A stretch of DNA of 64,000 nt from Azolla caroliniana (taxonomy: Eukaryota; Plantae; Polypodiophyta): positions 19,344,001 to 19,408,000 of the forward strand of contig JBHGNT010000010.1 of the NCBI GenBank assembly GCA_043228905.1, in the 5' to 3' direction. Positions 27,101 to 46,600 of the stretch are shown one piece after another (position 1 is the stretch's first letter; every line of letters begins with the position of its first letter). A program made the position numbers and the translations under genes. The notes under the pieces were generated by a model. It was not told the DNA's origin, ran no database searches, and saw only the letters and a program-made list of their open reading frames with translations.

Positions 27101-27348
27101 TCTATGGAATTGTTCCTACGACTAATCATTGGAATTGCATTGTGGATCTTCTTGCACGAGCTGGAGATATATATGAGGCTATGAAGTTTATTGGGTTAAT
27201 CACATCAAGTTCTAGTCCATCTAGGGATATGTTAACTGCTCTAATGACTGCCTGTAGAACTTGTGCGAAAGTTGATCTGGGTCTTAAATGCTTTAAGCAG
27301 CTTGCCCAGGTCAAGAATGGACGTTGTATGCTTGATACTGTTCATTGA
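24139..27348 (+). CDS. PLS-class pentatricopeptide repeat protein (1069 aa), ending in the E region with no DYW domain
   Basis: Single-exon ORF with repeated P-L-S triplets (VGNTLIDMYAKC, NVVSWNALISGY, PDVITFVSILKC). The terminal P2-L2-S2 (TFICLLSACS, HWNCIVDLLARAG) is followed by an E1-like ALMTACRT..DLGLKCF. Confidence 0.97.
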   Translation: MNFPQTQKLSPYFRAGAKPRVSLVQKFDQLSLQESLDLLNRKEDSLSTDICLNLLEKCRKKKDLILAQHVHTLICDNGMENDIIIGNYIVPILAECGDVIRAELVLNRLTSRNVYSWTSVILGFLKCGNPRYALELYDNMREDGVYANSHTFVIILKIYGCLRDLKKGEEAHFDIIKVGYERDVFVGTALVDMYIKCGSLSYAQQVFDKMSIHNVVSWNALAMGYAQHGSLMRVFECFNQMVLEHISPDDVTFLCGLKVCSNSRALCDGQRLHEELTKIGFELDGIVGNTLIDMYAKCSAIDEACHVFDKLPNRNVISWNALISGYIEDGSVHEALKYYEKMLINCILPDVVTLLFALRAYHAINAIERIQWTHIEIVKRGFEGDCMVGNTLINVYCKCDFLEEAQKVFNELSIHNVVSWNVLITGYVESGCDDNALQCFEDMQKIGIVPDVITFVSILKCCTNVINIVKGWELHTYMIQTGLKFDLFLSNALIDMYAKCGLLADAHKIFDELLDRDVVSWTSLFAGYCERMSYAELFTFFDKMKIEGILPDTNMLSCLLKACCNLESLEKGLDLHNEAIQRGFEKEAFLGIAIVDMYAKCDLLLDAKSVCDTLPVRDILTWNALISGYAEFHSVDQIEKCLKQIKIEGLSPDITTFVHVLKTCSKSANVRMGQDMHRKIMTIGVEDNFMIRCSLAEMYVKCTLIADAQKVSEDLAPAAKNTPWTSMLTGFKENEPTEQMLGFVQQMQLQDIFQNKANFACIFKAYCATKDIVKSQELHTEIVLRGFEKDLLIGSALVQLYAICNSLIDAREIFRKLSVRDVVSWNIIIAGYIEECAFREALDSALEMQDVGIPPNPVTFLYTVRACGSMGLIEKGNQIYIDAVCKGFDNDLFVGNTVIDMYAKCGLVGEAQEVFAKLSVRDTASWNSMIVGYGINHDIRRAMQVFENMQDDKKVMPDATTFICLLSACSRGSLVNEGHKYFRMMAEVYGIVPTTNHWNCIVDLLARAGDIYEAMKFIGLITSSSSPSRDMLTALMTACRTCAKVDLGLKCFKQLAQVKNGRCMLDTVH

Positions 27349-28559
27349 AAATGTAAATGGACGTCTAAGTATGAACAAATTTGTATTGAAAAGTCTAAAA
27401 TTTTATCCTCCCAATCTGATGCAAAAAAGTGAGTAGAATTTGAGGCTTCCACCTTTCAAAGAATCCAAAGCACATGCAAGAGGGGGAGGGGAGTTTAGAC
27501 AAAGATGGTGAGTTGTGATCAGAGGAAATTCAAGATGGAGGTAATATCTGTGAATCTTGATTCTTGAAAGATGGAGGGAGACAATGATGAGCTTGGACGT
27601 GACAAGTCTGATGGGAATAAGATCCATTGTGTGAAAGCCCCATACTTAGAAGTGGCAATACTCATCGAGTAATAATACCATTTAGCATACTGATGATGTG
27701 GGAACAAGCTGCACTGATCCCCGGAATCGTGAATAATAATGTTTGGATGGTTTATCGCTGACAAACCGGGACAAAATGTCACTGGAAAAGCATTCAAGAA
27801 GAATTGCCCCCTTAACTACTTTGTAGAAGGTGAAGAATCCATAAAGCAATGATGATTATTCTTTATTTGAGCAACAAAGGAGTCCTAAGCCTAAGCACTT
27901 GAAGTCACTCATACTAAGTAGCCAAAAAAATCATCTTTGGCTGATGGCTATTGTATATTGTAAGTCTATCTTGCTTGTAATCAATTAATTAATTCCTTTC
28001 TGTTGCATGTTTTGGACCATTGTGGGTCATAGTAGTTTGAACTTTGCTCTGTTCTTGGTTAACAACTTCTGGATAGGCCAATGTATACCAAGTAGATTAT
28101 ACCCTCATCATGCAACCTACTTCGAAGTCTATAAACACCATCTGGCAAAGTAAATGCATCATTTTAATATATAACCGTGTCAATAAATTAATATTCATCC
28201 TAATTAGGAATTGGTAATGGTTTGGTTTGAGGTGAACCTAACTACAAAACAATGGCTTAATGGTTTAACACATTCATGCGTTTGATTCAGTTTAGCTTTG
28301 GAATTTGACAGCTTGCTGTTTATTGAGCTTTAAACCATGGTTTCAACAGCTTAACGGTTTGTGTAGACATTTTTGAAATATTTATTAAATTTGTGAACTA
28401 ACTCTATAAAATATCGTGAAATGAATACATGCACACCACAATATGTAAATTATTTGTGTTCAAGCCAAAATTGAATCATGAACATGTGGCTAACTGGTTT
28501 GTAGATCTCCTTAAGGGTTTGGTTTGAATTTTAAAGTTGAGAATCCCTTTGACATGAAA

Positions 28560-29220
28560 TCTCTTATAAAAATGTTAAAAGTGGAATAGTACAATAGGAT
28601 CAAACTTACAAATACCCTTTTGTTGGGTCTCAATGTGTATCATGTGGAGATTGTGGACACTCATCGGATCCTAGATCTGAACACAAAATATGGCACCAAC
28701 ATTATGCATACATAAATAAAGTAAATGTGGATATTTTATTCATCTCCCAACGATATAATGGTTCTCCCTTGAGTTTGGGAGCTAGAAATGCATGGTCGGC
28801 CATAGATATGGGGATCATTGTCCTATACCATTGATCCATGTCTATTAGATGTGAGAATGTCAAATGTTGGAACCAGAAACCAAGAGCATTGATCACTTTA
28901 TGGCTAGATTATGAGATATATGAGTCCTATTCATAAGATTACCTAGTAACTATGTGTTTACTTGTAATGATGCCTAGGACGTAATGTGTCCATTTCAAGT
29001 AAACTTTACCCAACACACACCTTTTTTGTGATATGGATTTTAAACCACCTAGACTTTCCCTTATCAAATGATCTTCAAACTTACATTGAGAACATGTGAC
29101 ATATATGTTCACAATGGGTGATACAAATACATGTGGCATATATGCTCTTACTTAGCTATTTCAAATCCGAATTTTGAGTTTTGCACTTGGCAAAAAATAT
29201 ATTGATATTTGAACTCTCAA
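28560..29220 (-). mobile_element. Heavily decayed LTR-retrotransposon gag-like remnant
   Basis: Minus-strand fragments include a zinc-knuckle-like TCSQCKFEDH. Many stops; weak evidence. Confidence 0.35.
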
Positions 29221-29409
29221 TCACTTCACAATAACCCCTTGTAATTCCCACACCCACACCCACACCTATCACGGAGTTTGCAATCGGTCTCTAGTGGATG
29301 TTAAAACTATACCTATTTATCTACTACCCACTCTCCACCTTTCATATTTTCTAATTTATTTCTCGTCAGATTAGTCCTTAGGGCTAAGATTTAAAGATGT
29401 CATCTTTGA

Positions 29410-29935
29410 TGAAAATGGGAATTCATATATGAGAAGGGAAATCATCTTCATAAAGTGATTCAACATAAAGCTATGAAAACCAAAGTGAAGACGAAAACTC
29501 ATATTCAAGAAAAAATTCATTTCTATTAAGTTCTTATAATTGCACGTTCGTTGAAAAACATAAAATTAAATATGTAATTGTTGTCCTATGAAAATAGGAA
29601 ATCATATACAAGAAGAGAAATCATCTCCATTAAGTGATTCAACATAAAGTCTACAAAAACTCACATTCAATAAAAAAATTCATTTCCAATAAGTTATTAT
29701 AATTGCATGTTGTTGAAAAAGAACAAGTTAAATAATCATTATTCTATAAAAATAGGAAATCATGTACAAGAAGAGACATCATCTCCATTAAGTGATTCAA
29801 CATAAAGTCAATGAGAATGAAAATGAGAACGAAAACGAAAACTTAGAGACAAGAAAAAAAAATCATCTCCATTAAGTTATTCAAAATAAATCCTTATAAT
29901 TCCACGTTCATTGAAAAACATAACATTAAAACAAT
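29410..29935. repeat. Degenerate tandem repeat, about 160-180 bp unit, 3-4 copies, upstream of NAD-ME
   Basis: Repeated AAAATAGGAAATCAT.TACAAGAAGAGA.ATCATCTCCATTAAGTGATTCAACATAAAG and TTATAATTGCACGTTC.TTGAAAAACATAA blocks. Confidence 0.9.
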
Positions 29936-30313
29936 CAAAACATGTTGAAACATGGTCGAGCAACTGGATCTACTACTTTGTGCAATTACAAGATTTTATA
30001 AGTCTAAGACATGGTTTGAAACATATTCACTCCGACAAGGAAGGTTTCAAGTCGGGCGTCATCAGATGAGACGCTGTTTGACCTTATTGCAGGCTTCTCT
30101 CATGTAAGGAGCACGAGAGACGAACACGAACACGAACAATGATGGCTCGACACTAATGTCATCGAACCGGCACACAAGATTCCGAAGCTTAAAAATAATG
30201 CAATGTGTCATTTTCAAGATCTAGGCCCAAGAGTATGGGTCTCCGAGGCCAGGCCTAACTCTTAAAGATTAGGTTTTACGTATGAGATGCCCGAGGGCCA
30301 CGATTCGCCCGCG

Positions 30314-30340
30314 AGGAGGAGGAGGAGGAGGAGGAGGGGG
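30314..30340 (+). repeat. (GGA)n microsatellite
   Basis: About 7 GGA units followed by a G run. Confidence 0.9.
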
Positions 30341-30585
30341 GAGTGGGGGTGGTCTTGCATTGCCATGTGAAACCCCTCCTCATGTTTTGCTTTGCTTAAA
30401 GAAGAACCGAAGAAAACAAAAAAGGGTACATATTTTTCAAGTGAATGGATGTGTGGGGGGTTGACAGCTTACCAAATGAAGCCACAGCTTACAAATGAAG
30501 CCAAGCCTCCCCAAAAAATGAAAGACGCTTTTTCAAACGCACATAAATCCTCCTTTCATCATTTGTTCTTCCATTCTTGCTCTCT

Positions 30586-30616
30586 TCCTCCTCCTCCTCC
30601 TCCTCCTCCTCCCCTC
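30586..30616 (+). repeat. (CCT)n microsatellite in the NAD-ME 5' leader
   Basis: About 8 CCT units just upstream of the ATG at 30641. Confidence 0.9.
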
Positions 30617-30640
30617 CGTTCTTCCCAAAGGCTTCTGGCG

Positions 30641-37941
<7,301 letters not shown>

Positions 37942-40064
37942 TTTATTCTGGATTGCAGGTAGGAATTATGTCAGATTTCACTTTTGAGGGGAGTGGCGAA
38001 CTTTTCAAAATGCTAAAAAGCATTCAAATGAGAGTGAAGTTTGTACTAATATTGGATATAGCATTACTATCACTTACATTTATCCATTACTAATTTGACG
38101 GGTTATCATTCCCAACCTACTAGCCAGCACGCCCTTGTGAGGCCAAAGTGATTCATTTTGGCATGTAATAAAATCTGCTTCTGCAAATGTTAGGAAGCAT
38201 ACAACCCCCCTCCTTGAGAATAAACTTCAGAATAAGATTTCAATAAAGAATAGCTGTGCTAATTAATCTTTTTTAACATCAACCGTTCTTTTGGCTACTG
38301 TTAATGTTTTCCATGATCCTTTTTGCCAAGTGCATATATAACTGATATTGATTTGTTTTTTCTCAATTTTATTTCCTAGTATACAAATGTCTTAGCACGT
38401 TGGCCCATTCTACCTGCAACATGGAGATCAAGAACTCCAAGATTACCCAGAGACTATATAGTAAAGGTTTTATTTATTTTGTCCATTTGTTTGCATCAGG
38501 GAGATGAATTCCTTCCCATCCATGCATTTTTTCTTTGCTGGCCAGATTTGTGGTAAGAAAATGCTAAACCACATACCCAAAGCAGTTTAAGACTGCCTTT
38601 GGTTTTAGTTCATTGAGCTGCAAGGTCGGGTTCACAAAAAATGTTTTCTCGTTTTAAGTTGCGCCATGGTGGTGGCTGGTGGTTAACAAGTGGGTAAAAG
38701 TTATTAACAAATGGAGTATACACTTCCATGGAGAAATCATCCCCACTGCTTGTGCATAGCACAATCTTATTCATGAATGTATCAACATGTGTCATTCTAT
38801 ACGCATATGGTATGATAGAAAGTCGCAGAAGTGAATTGAAATGAATTTATTTTAACGTTTCTCAAAGCAAAATGCATAAGAAAAGAATCGCAGTCCTAGA
38901 TAGGGGATGTATAAGAGCTAGGGATAAAACAATTAATTAATTCAACTTAATATAAAAGCACAATGAAAACTCACTGCAGAAATATTTTTATAGAGAAGCT
39001 TGGTGGAATTTTGCCACATCTGTATGTGATGGCTGTATGAGAATTAGAAATCTCAGCCATTCTGTAATTTCATTATATTCTAAACAATATGAATAGAAAA
39101 ATGGCTTCGATATGTGAAGCACACCATTACTTTGATTACTTTCTCCTGAGGCCCTTGCCATTTTGGGCATTAATATGCATACATATTTATGTATATACAC
39201 AGAAAAACACCTATTGTTAGAATCCGCCCTGCTATTGTTTTTTGGAGATTAATGAAATTTGTTATTATTCTCCTCGTTAACTCGTCTTTATATTAAATAA
39301 TACTTTATTGCCTGGTCATCCCTTTAAAAATAATACCACAGTTCTCTAGCCATGACTGTCTCTGAACAAGTACGTGGATTTACAGTATTTCCACCGGTGA
39401 GCATTTGAGAGACAGAGACAGTGACATAGATCGTATGTTAGATACGGTAAAAATATATAAGATCACGAGTAGTTTTACCACTATGCGACATATGTTCGAG
39501 ACAGCAGAAATATATAACACGTTGGAGACAGTATATCCACCAGTGGGCATTTGTGCATGGGTAGTTTTGCTTTGAGCCCATTTAAGAAGTTACTAACTCT
39601 ATGCAACTCCTAGCTGACTATAGGAAATGCACTTACACAATCTATCTGCAGGTGACAAACTTCGAAGGAAACGTGTATTGGCTCAAAAGTGTAGCCACTC
39701 ATTACCCAAACTATAATTGTTTTTAGTGCTTTCACAACGTTTATGTCTTCACTTGTTAATGTGCCTTTCTATACTTGTGTACACACGTTTCATTGATGTT
39801 GTGCCTATCTCCTTGATATTCTTGATTTCATGTCAGAAAATTTTTGTGAGAATAGAATACATAAAGGATTCAAAATTTCCAAAGTTGGCCTGTGGGGTAT
39901 ATATTATTTGACATCCCCATTTGATGGTTTATACAAAACCATTACATAAAGTTTATTACAACTTTCTCCTACTTAGTACTAAGCATTATATATTCTTGGG
40001 AAAATTTACTTAGATATGTTTGGTTATTTTCAAAATTACTTGTGCACGCTCCATTAAGGTTAAA

Positions 40065-40292
40065 GTTAGGTTCCTAATCAGATACAAATTAATGCATTAA
40101 TACTTATTACTAAATTCTCTCTAATTAGAAAGTGATCATGCCCTAATCGGTCAAATTAGAAATTAACATAGCCTAGACAAGTTAGGTTCCTAATCAGATA
40201 CAAATCAAGAACACATACATAGATGAATTAATGCTTATCACTAAATTCTCTCTAATTAGAAAGTGATCATGCCCTAATTGGTCAAATGAGAA
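40065..40292. repeat. Tandem duplication, about 116 bp
   Basis: AAGTTAGGTTCCTAATCAGATACAAAT...CTAAATTCTCTCTAATTAGAAAGTGATCATGCCCTAAT.GGTCAAAT occurs twice. Confidence 0.9.
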
Positions 40293-40997
40293 AGTATGCA
40301 TGTAGGCTATGTGAAGACATGCATACTTTCTTGATTTTGCTTTAGTCAAGAAGCTTAGTTTGTGGTCACTAGTGATATTGAAAAGTAAGCATGCCCTTTG
40401 AATTTCTTATGCATAAGTATATTTTGGTAATTTCCCTACATAAATCTTCGCGTACTCTTGGGAAGCCATTTTAAGTAGGAATGTCATAGCATTTATTGTG
40501 CATGAAGTCGTTGACAAAATATTTTCTCATTTAGACGAATGTATCTCCAAGTGTATCTACCCATAAGTAAGAAACCAAATCCTCATTCATCCATTCATTT
40601 AACTTACATGTGACGAGTCTCATCTAGTAGTGGAGCTGCAGAGATGCAAAGAAAATTTGACATGGACAAGTAAGCAGCCAAATTCGGAATTTCTCACTCA
40701 TTCACTTACGTGAGGTAAAGATGAGTCTCAACTTGTAAATGGATATGTATTTACATAGCCTGTATAAGAGGACAATTTTTTAGTTGGTGTGGTATCTGCC
40801 ATTGCATAATATGTGTTCATACTTTTGAATTGATGAAATGCACATGAAAATTCTTCTAATGATACCTTTTAGTTAGTGTTATCGATATTGCAGGGGTATG
40901 TACCACTACTTTATATGTGTGAATACTTTTGAATTGATAAAAGGCACACGAAACTTCTCATGATACCCTTTAGTTGGTGTCGTAGGTATTGCATGGG

Positions 40998-43900
40998 CTA
41001 ACATTTTTGTAGTTGATAATGGGAAACGAAAGCTAATCTCTTTTCCTCAAAAGAATATTCGATTGACCGGTGGAATTCAGGATCTTGCTGCGTCATCACT
41101 GGTGGCGGGATTGCTTCATCCTGTATATGCGGTGTATTAACCTGTTTCTGAATAGCCTGAATATTGACTTGTTCTTGAATAAGCTGCTTGCCATGTTCCT
41201 CTGTATCAGTGATCACATTTTCTTCTTCTATTTCTATGTTTTCTTTCTTTTGTAATAAGGCAGTTGATTCTGAACTCTTCCTTGGAGTGAGTGTAGTTGA
41301 GGAAGTATTTGATACCGAACTTCTCCTTGGAATGATTGTAGTTTTTATAGGAAGTATAGAAGCTAGTCCAAATCCTTCGGCAATTGTGTTACTACTCATC
41401 CCTGGTGTAGACACAGCAGATAATGCTGGCAAGAAAGGTAGAGTGCTTTCAGCAGCTGTTTCGCTCGAAGGTTGATTTGTGTTGGAACCTGCACAAAGCA
41501 TAATGAAGATAAATGTAATGATAATAAAATCAACCATAGGTATTGGGGTCAGATTCCAATTTCACTTGAATTATCAATCAATGTAGCACTATCCACTGAA
41601 CTTAAAATGAGAATACTACATTATCCTCAGACATTCGACCAACCTAATTAATTCTACTAAAGTCACATTCCCAAGAGAACCTAGCAAGCACAATATAAAA
41701 ACAAATCAGAAGGTAGTGAGTGATAATACCATTGTCATAACCATATGCGTAACCAAAATAAGTTGAAACCTCTTGCAGAAGAGCTGAGGCATATTTTCTA
41801 CAGCAGACACTATATGATAACCTAAATTTCTCATGTACAAGACAAGTATCCATATGCCTGGTACGTGAATAAGAAAGCCTAAGACTCTTGCCAGGTACAT
41901 GTATAAGAAACCCTAAGATTCATATGCCTGGTACATGTTGTGTGGACATGTGCCATTAGCATCAAACTTGACATGGTGTGACAAACCAACATTGCTGAAA
42001 CGCCTACAACTGTTCAGGAATGCCCCACAAGTAATGTTTCTGTTGATACCGTTGACGTTCTTTTTGTAACATGTAGGACTGTATATTTGATACGAAACTT
42101 GGTAAAAATGCAGGATAAGTGTCAAGTCAGAAGAAAGGTATACAAATACATTGGACATGTTTAACCAAGAGTGAATTCAATTTTGGTTGAGACAATCAAT
42201 ACCTACTCAAATGGAGAAAATACCTCAAATGAGGGTTCACGTACCCGATAGAGAATCAAATAGCCAAGAAACTTATGAACACTATCCTTAGGTGAAACTC
42301 TACACAAGATGAGGGTTCACATATATGATAACCTGGAACATCTCAGTTCTTTTATGTCATATTTGTCTGGAGCCTCTTAAAGCATCCATGAGTCCTCACC
42401 AATCAGCGTATGATAACATTGGCTCATACATGATCAGTCAAATTCTTAAGGGATGATACCATTGGCTAATTTGACTCCGTAAGAGACATTTATAACTTCT
42501 TCTTCTGTTTTTCATACTGGGTTGTACCCTAGTAGTGAAACTATATTTTTTTCATATTTCTCTGCATCTTAGACATGTCATGTCCATGTTAGTGAAGTCT
42601 TTTGTCCATCTAATTCCTCAACGTTATGTTAGTTAATCAGATATCTACTTTTTTCCAAGAGCATGGTAGTATGTGTTATATCTTGACCATTTGTAGCCAA
42701 ATGCTGGAGGATAAGTAGGGTACGTCAAGCATTGCTACCAATTTATTTGGGTTTATAACTATTTTGGTTTGTTCTCCAAGAAGAGATACCATTTTCAGCT
42801 GTAATCAGTCCTTCGTTCTCATTGACCATGTTTTTACCCCTTAAGAGACGTTAACATATTTTTTAGAGATGTTACTTGTTCTTCCTTACCTTCGCCACAA
42901 ATAAACGAAGCATGTAAACATTCATCTTACCAGGAGAGCTGAATCTGATATCTTTGTTTGGAGCTGAAGATCCATTCCTCACAGGCGTAGTTCCATTCGG
43001 CTTTGGTAATAGTAAAGCTTCTTGCTGTGCCATACCTCCCCCATGTAAAGACAATCTACGAGTAACCTGTGCACTGTTTCCATTGGATCTTGAGTTTGTA
43101 ACCCCTTTTTTTGAGGGTGTTCTTGCATTTTGACTTGGTTTTGACCCAGATGACGTCTCTTGCTCATTGACTGATTGCTCATGAAGCTTCTTTTGGTCCT
43201 GTCGATAAAGCAAGAAGATTTTATCAGTATTAAATTCCCCTTCCTCACAGTCATATGAGTACAGAGGTCATTCATTTACACTACCCGATTTCGGCGTCGT
43301 TCTTCCTCTTTCTCCATTCTCAATATTTTATAATCCTCAACCATAGAACGAAGATTTATCTGGCAAAAAGCATCTGATGGAGTCATGATTTTTTACAAAC
43401 AAACAATTAGCAATATATTTGTCGTGAAAGTAGCAAACATACTCCATCGTATAGAAAAGGCTTCCTTCTTTCTTCCTCCCATGCAACAGTCTTTAGTACA
43501 AGGGAATCCACCAAGGCTATTTAAAACAGTAAATGTGCATCAATACAATTCCCATATCTAGCTTAGATTTATTTTTTGTATTTCTAGCTTACCAGGAATT
43601 TTGCTCACTGCTACACGTGCTCTTTCAGCTCGCATCAAGTTCAAGTGTGCACCTCGTGTGGAATTATATCTATTTTCATCCTGAAAGTTTTTTGGCATAA
43701 TATTACATCATAACGAAGTTAGTCTATGCCATTTCATACATATAAAATACATACATATACCCCGCATCCAGTGTCTAACCTTGCTGTATTCTTCAAGCCA
43801 ATTTTCTTCCTCTCGAAATGCCATCCATTTCTCAATCTTTTCGACAATATCTTTCCTACTAAATGCTTCCTCCTTAAGGCTACCAATTTCTTCCTCAAGG

Positions 43901-45562
43901 CTAATAAGTAGTTGTGCTGGATCTACCATTCCTGGATAATGAAAAGTGCATCTCATGAGAAGACTAGCTTCCATTATAAGTTGCCAACGTTAGGAAATGG
44001 ATTGAATGCTCACCAGATTCAAATGATGAAATGGTCTTCTCTATGTCTGTGTGACTATCCAGTGTGATGTGAGATTTCTTGCTTATCTCTTGAAATTCTT
44101 TTTGCTTCCGTAAAACAAGCTCCGTCAGTTTACTGGTTTTCAAATCCTCCAACCTTTTCACCTCCACTTTAGCCTACTTCGAAGTAAAACTTCGAACTAC
44201 TCAAAGACTAAAAATATGCATTTTGTTGATCGAAATTATGCAATGAGGGATAGCAACATACCTCTTCAATAACGTTCAGAAAGAGTGCGCCAGGAGTAGT
44301 AATTTCATGCTCTGCCGCTGCAATATTGGAAGTCACATGTTGGAAACGATGCTGCTCTTCTACAGGAGTATCCATCAAATTCCATAGCTCAAGAAGAGAT
44401 GCTCCAAGCTCTTGAATCTATTTCCACATAAAAAGTGTATTAAACATGACGCATATATCAGCCAAGTTGAAGTTTATAAACCACGATTCAATAAAATGAC
44501 TCCCACCTGTCCCATCCTATTTTTCTTTTCCTCCTTCAGCGAATCTATTGTATTACTTAGCTTTGTTAAAGTGTCATTGCTTATACTCTTGACCGGATTA
44601 GTTGTGGACGATTCATCCAAGGTTGGATGAACTTCTCGAACTATCGCGAAGAAATCAAAGCCAAGCACAGTACATAGACTGTGAAGCACGTCGACATATT
44701 CCATGACCTTATAGATCCGGTTATTCTGGAAACAAGACAAATTCGCATAAATAAAAAGTATAGGGAGAGATGGATGGCTAAGAATTGAACTAAGACCAAC
44801 AGTAAACCTTCTCTCTTTGCAAAGCCTGAAGTTGAAATTGCAGTTCCTCAACTTTTCTTTGTGTCAAATCAATGTGGTCATCAACTCCAGTAGTTTCTGT
44901 GTCTAATAATTCTGGTGATGGAGAAATTTCAGACTGAATTTTCTGGATATGAGTTCTAGTCTCTTGAAGCATTCTTAAACGCTCTTCCTTTTTAATTAAC
45001 ATCTGTTTCAGGATGAGATTTAACTTTGCAAGATGGACTTTGAGGGAACTATCTCTTTTTTCTAACTGCAGAAACCACATAAATTAGCTTCAACTGTTTC
45101 CATTATATTGTAGTTACTGACTTATGTTGAAACAAATATAAAACCTGGGCCATCGGTATATTATCTCCAAGAGCAGAAGCTAAAGAGACGATTTCTGAAT
45201 GAATGTCTGCAAGCATTATATGAAAGCTAGATCTTGATCGACTTGCTTGGTCAACCTTCCTTTGAAATATGTCCAAGCATTCCTGTTGCATTTCAAAAAG
45301 TATATTCTGCCTATATGCATCATCTTCACCAACTTCATTCCAGATTAACTGCAAAATAGAAGCGATTACTCCTTCACAAAATGAATTAGAGGTGAAACGC
45401 AGAAAAAATCATGAAGTGTAGCTGTGAAATTATTGAATTTTGAGACATAAATGCTACAATAGTTCAATGCTTCTTAAGATTTCAAAGGAGACATACATCC
45501 AATTCATGAAGAAGCTTCTCACACGTGCCTCCAATTTCTGAAAAGAGTTGTATTTGCTTCAT
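40998..45562 (-). CDS. MAP65: Microtubule-associated protein MAP65 (MAP65-3/PLEIADE-like), about 12 coding exons
   Basis: Approximate exons: 45562-45497, 45348-45145, 45065-44808, 44725-44508, 44417-44262, 44173-44014, 43931-43780, 43681-43593, 43517-43444, 43360-43288, 43198-42930, 41488-40998. Motifs: [94 protein letters not shown], and a C-terminal EYSFEEKR. Confidence 0.92.
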
Positions 45563-45779
45563 TGATGCTTTTATTGGAGATACTGCAGACACAGAAAGAA
45601 GAAGAAATTCGAAGTCTTTTACAGGAATAGCACACTACAAAGTAAAAAGTTCTTTCGTAACTGTGATTGATCTTAAAAAAAGAGAGAACACAGTGCAATA
45701 TCCAATCCTTCCAGGATCTCATTCTTCAAAGATTCCATGAAATTTCTTGGTATACGAAAAGGAAATAGAGACACAAAAG

Positions 45780-46600
45780 AAAGACTTATAGTGGAGGATC
45801 CAAACCTTTCAGAATCACTTTCGTCTAGTATTGTGAAACTCTAACACAAAAAGGATGAAACAGAAGCGCTCATAAAGGGAGTACTTAGGGTGGCAATTCA
45901 AACCTTGCAGGCATTGAGGCTCTCCCTCACACACACACACACACACAAAGGATTGTGAAGCTTTACCAAAAAGGATGAAATAGAAGCAGAAAAGGAGGAC
46001 GTATGAAGGGGGTCCAAACCTCGCAGTCTCTCTTTCTTCAAGGATTGTGAAGCATTGCCATAAAGGAAACAGAAGCACAAAGTGAGCACATATGGTAACC
46101 TTTTCAGACTCACTTTCTTCAAGTGTTTTGACGCTTTGCCACGTAAAGGATTAAACAGAATCAGTGAAAGACTGATTGTGAAGGAAAATCCAAACCTTTC
46201 AGGCTCGCGTCTTCAAGATTATGATCGCACTTTTACAGAGACTACATATCAGAAAAGGATAAATTATAGTGGAAAATACCAACCTTTCAGGCTTTATTTC
46301 TTCAAGTATTGCAAACTCTTGCCGTAAAAATAAACAGAAGTACAAAAAAGAGTACTTATGGTGTGCTAATTATGGTGATGCACGCTCTATTACTTCAAGT
46401 ATTTTGAGCCGAATGAGTAATTGCGGTGGTAAATCCAGAATTTTCAGGGTCAATTTTGTCGAGAATGTTTCCCAACAAAAAGAAACCTTGAAAGGAAAGA
46501 GAAACGCAAATTAAAATATATTAAGAATTGGTGGAAAAGCCAAACCTCTTTTCAGGCTCCGATGTTCTTTCTTCAAGCGTATTTCTTTGGAATCTTTGTC
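45780..46600. repeat. Degenerate tandem repeat, about 90-115 bp unit, about 8 copies, in the probable MAP65 5'UTR intron
   Basis: CCAAACCTTTCAG..TC.CTTTCTTCAAG.ATT.TG recurs near 45800, 45900, 46014, 46097, 46190, 46279, 46434 and 46540. Confidence 0.8.

Noticed and set aside
24137-27314. Many minus-strand ORFs overlapping PPR1 (likewise PPR2)
   Set aside because: These are antisense shadows of a long coding sequence with no recognisable domains.
27349-27850. Possible frameshifted E+/DYW domain after PPR1
   Set aside because: Translating the forward frames by eye showed no PG box, HxEK or CxxC motif, and there are frequent stops.
30392-30640. Upstream in-frame extension of NAD-ME exon 1 with polyproline
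   Set aside because: The listed start is non-ATG and the polyproline comes from the (CCT)n microsatellite. The ATG at 30641 gives a typical mitochondrial presequence.
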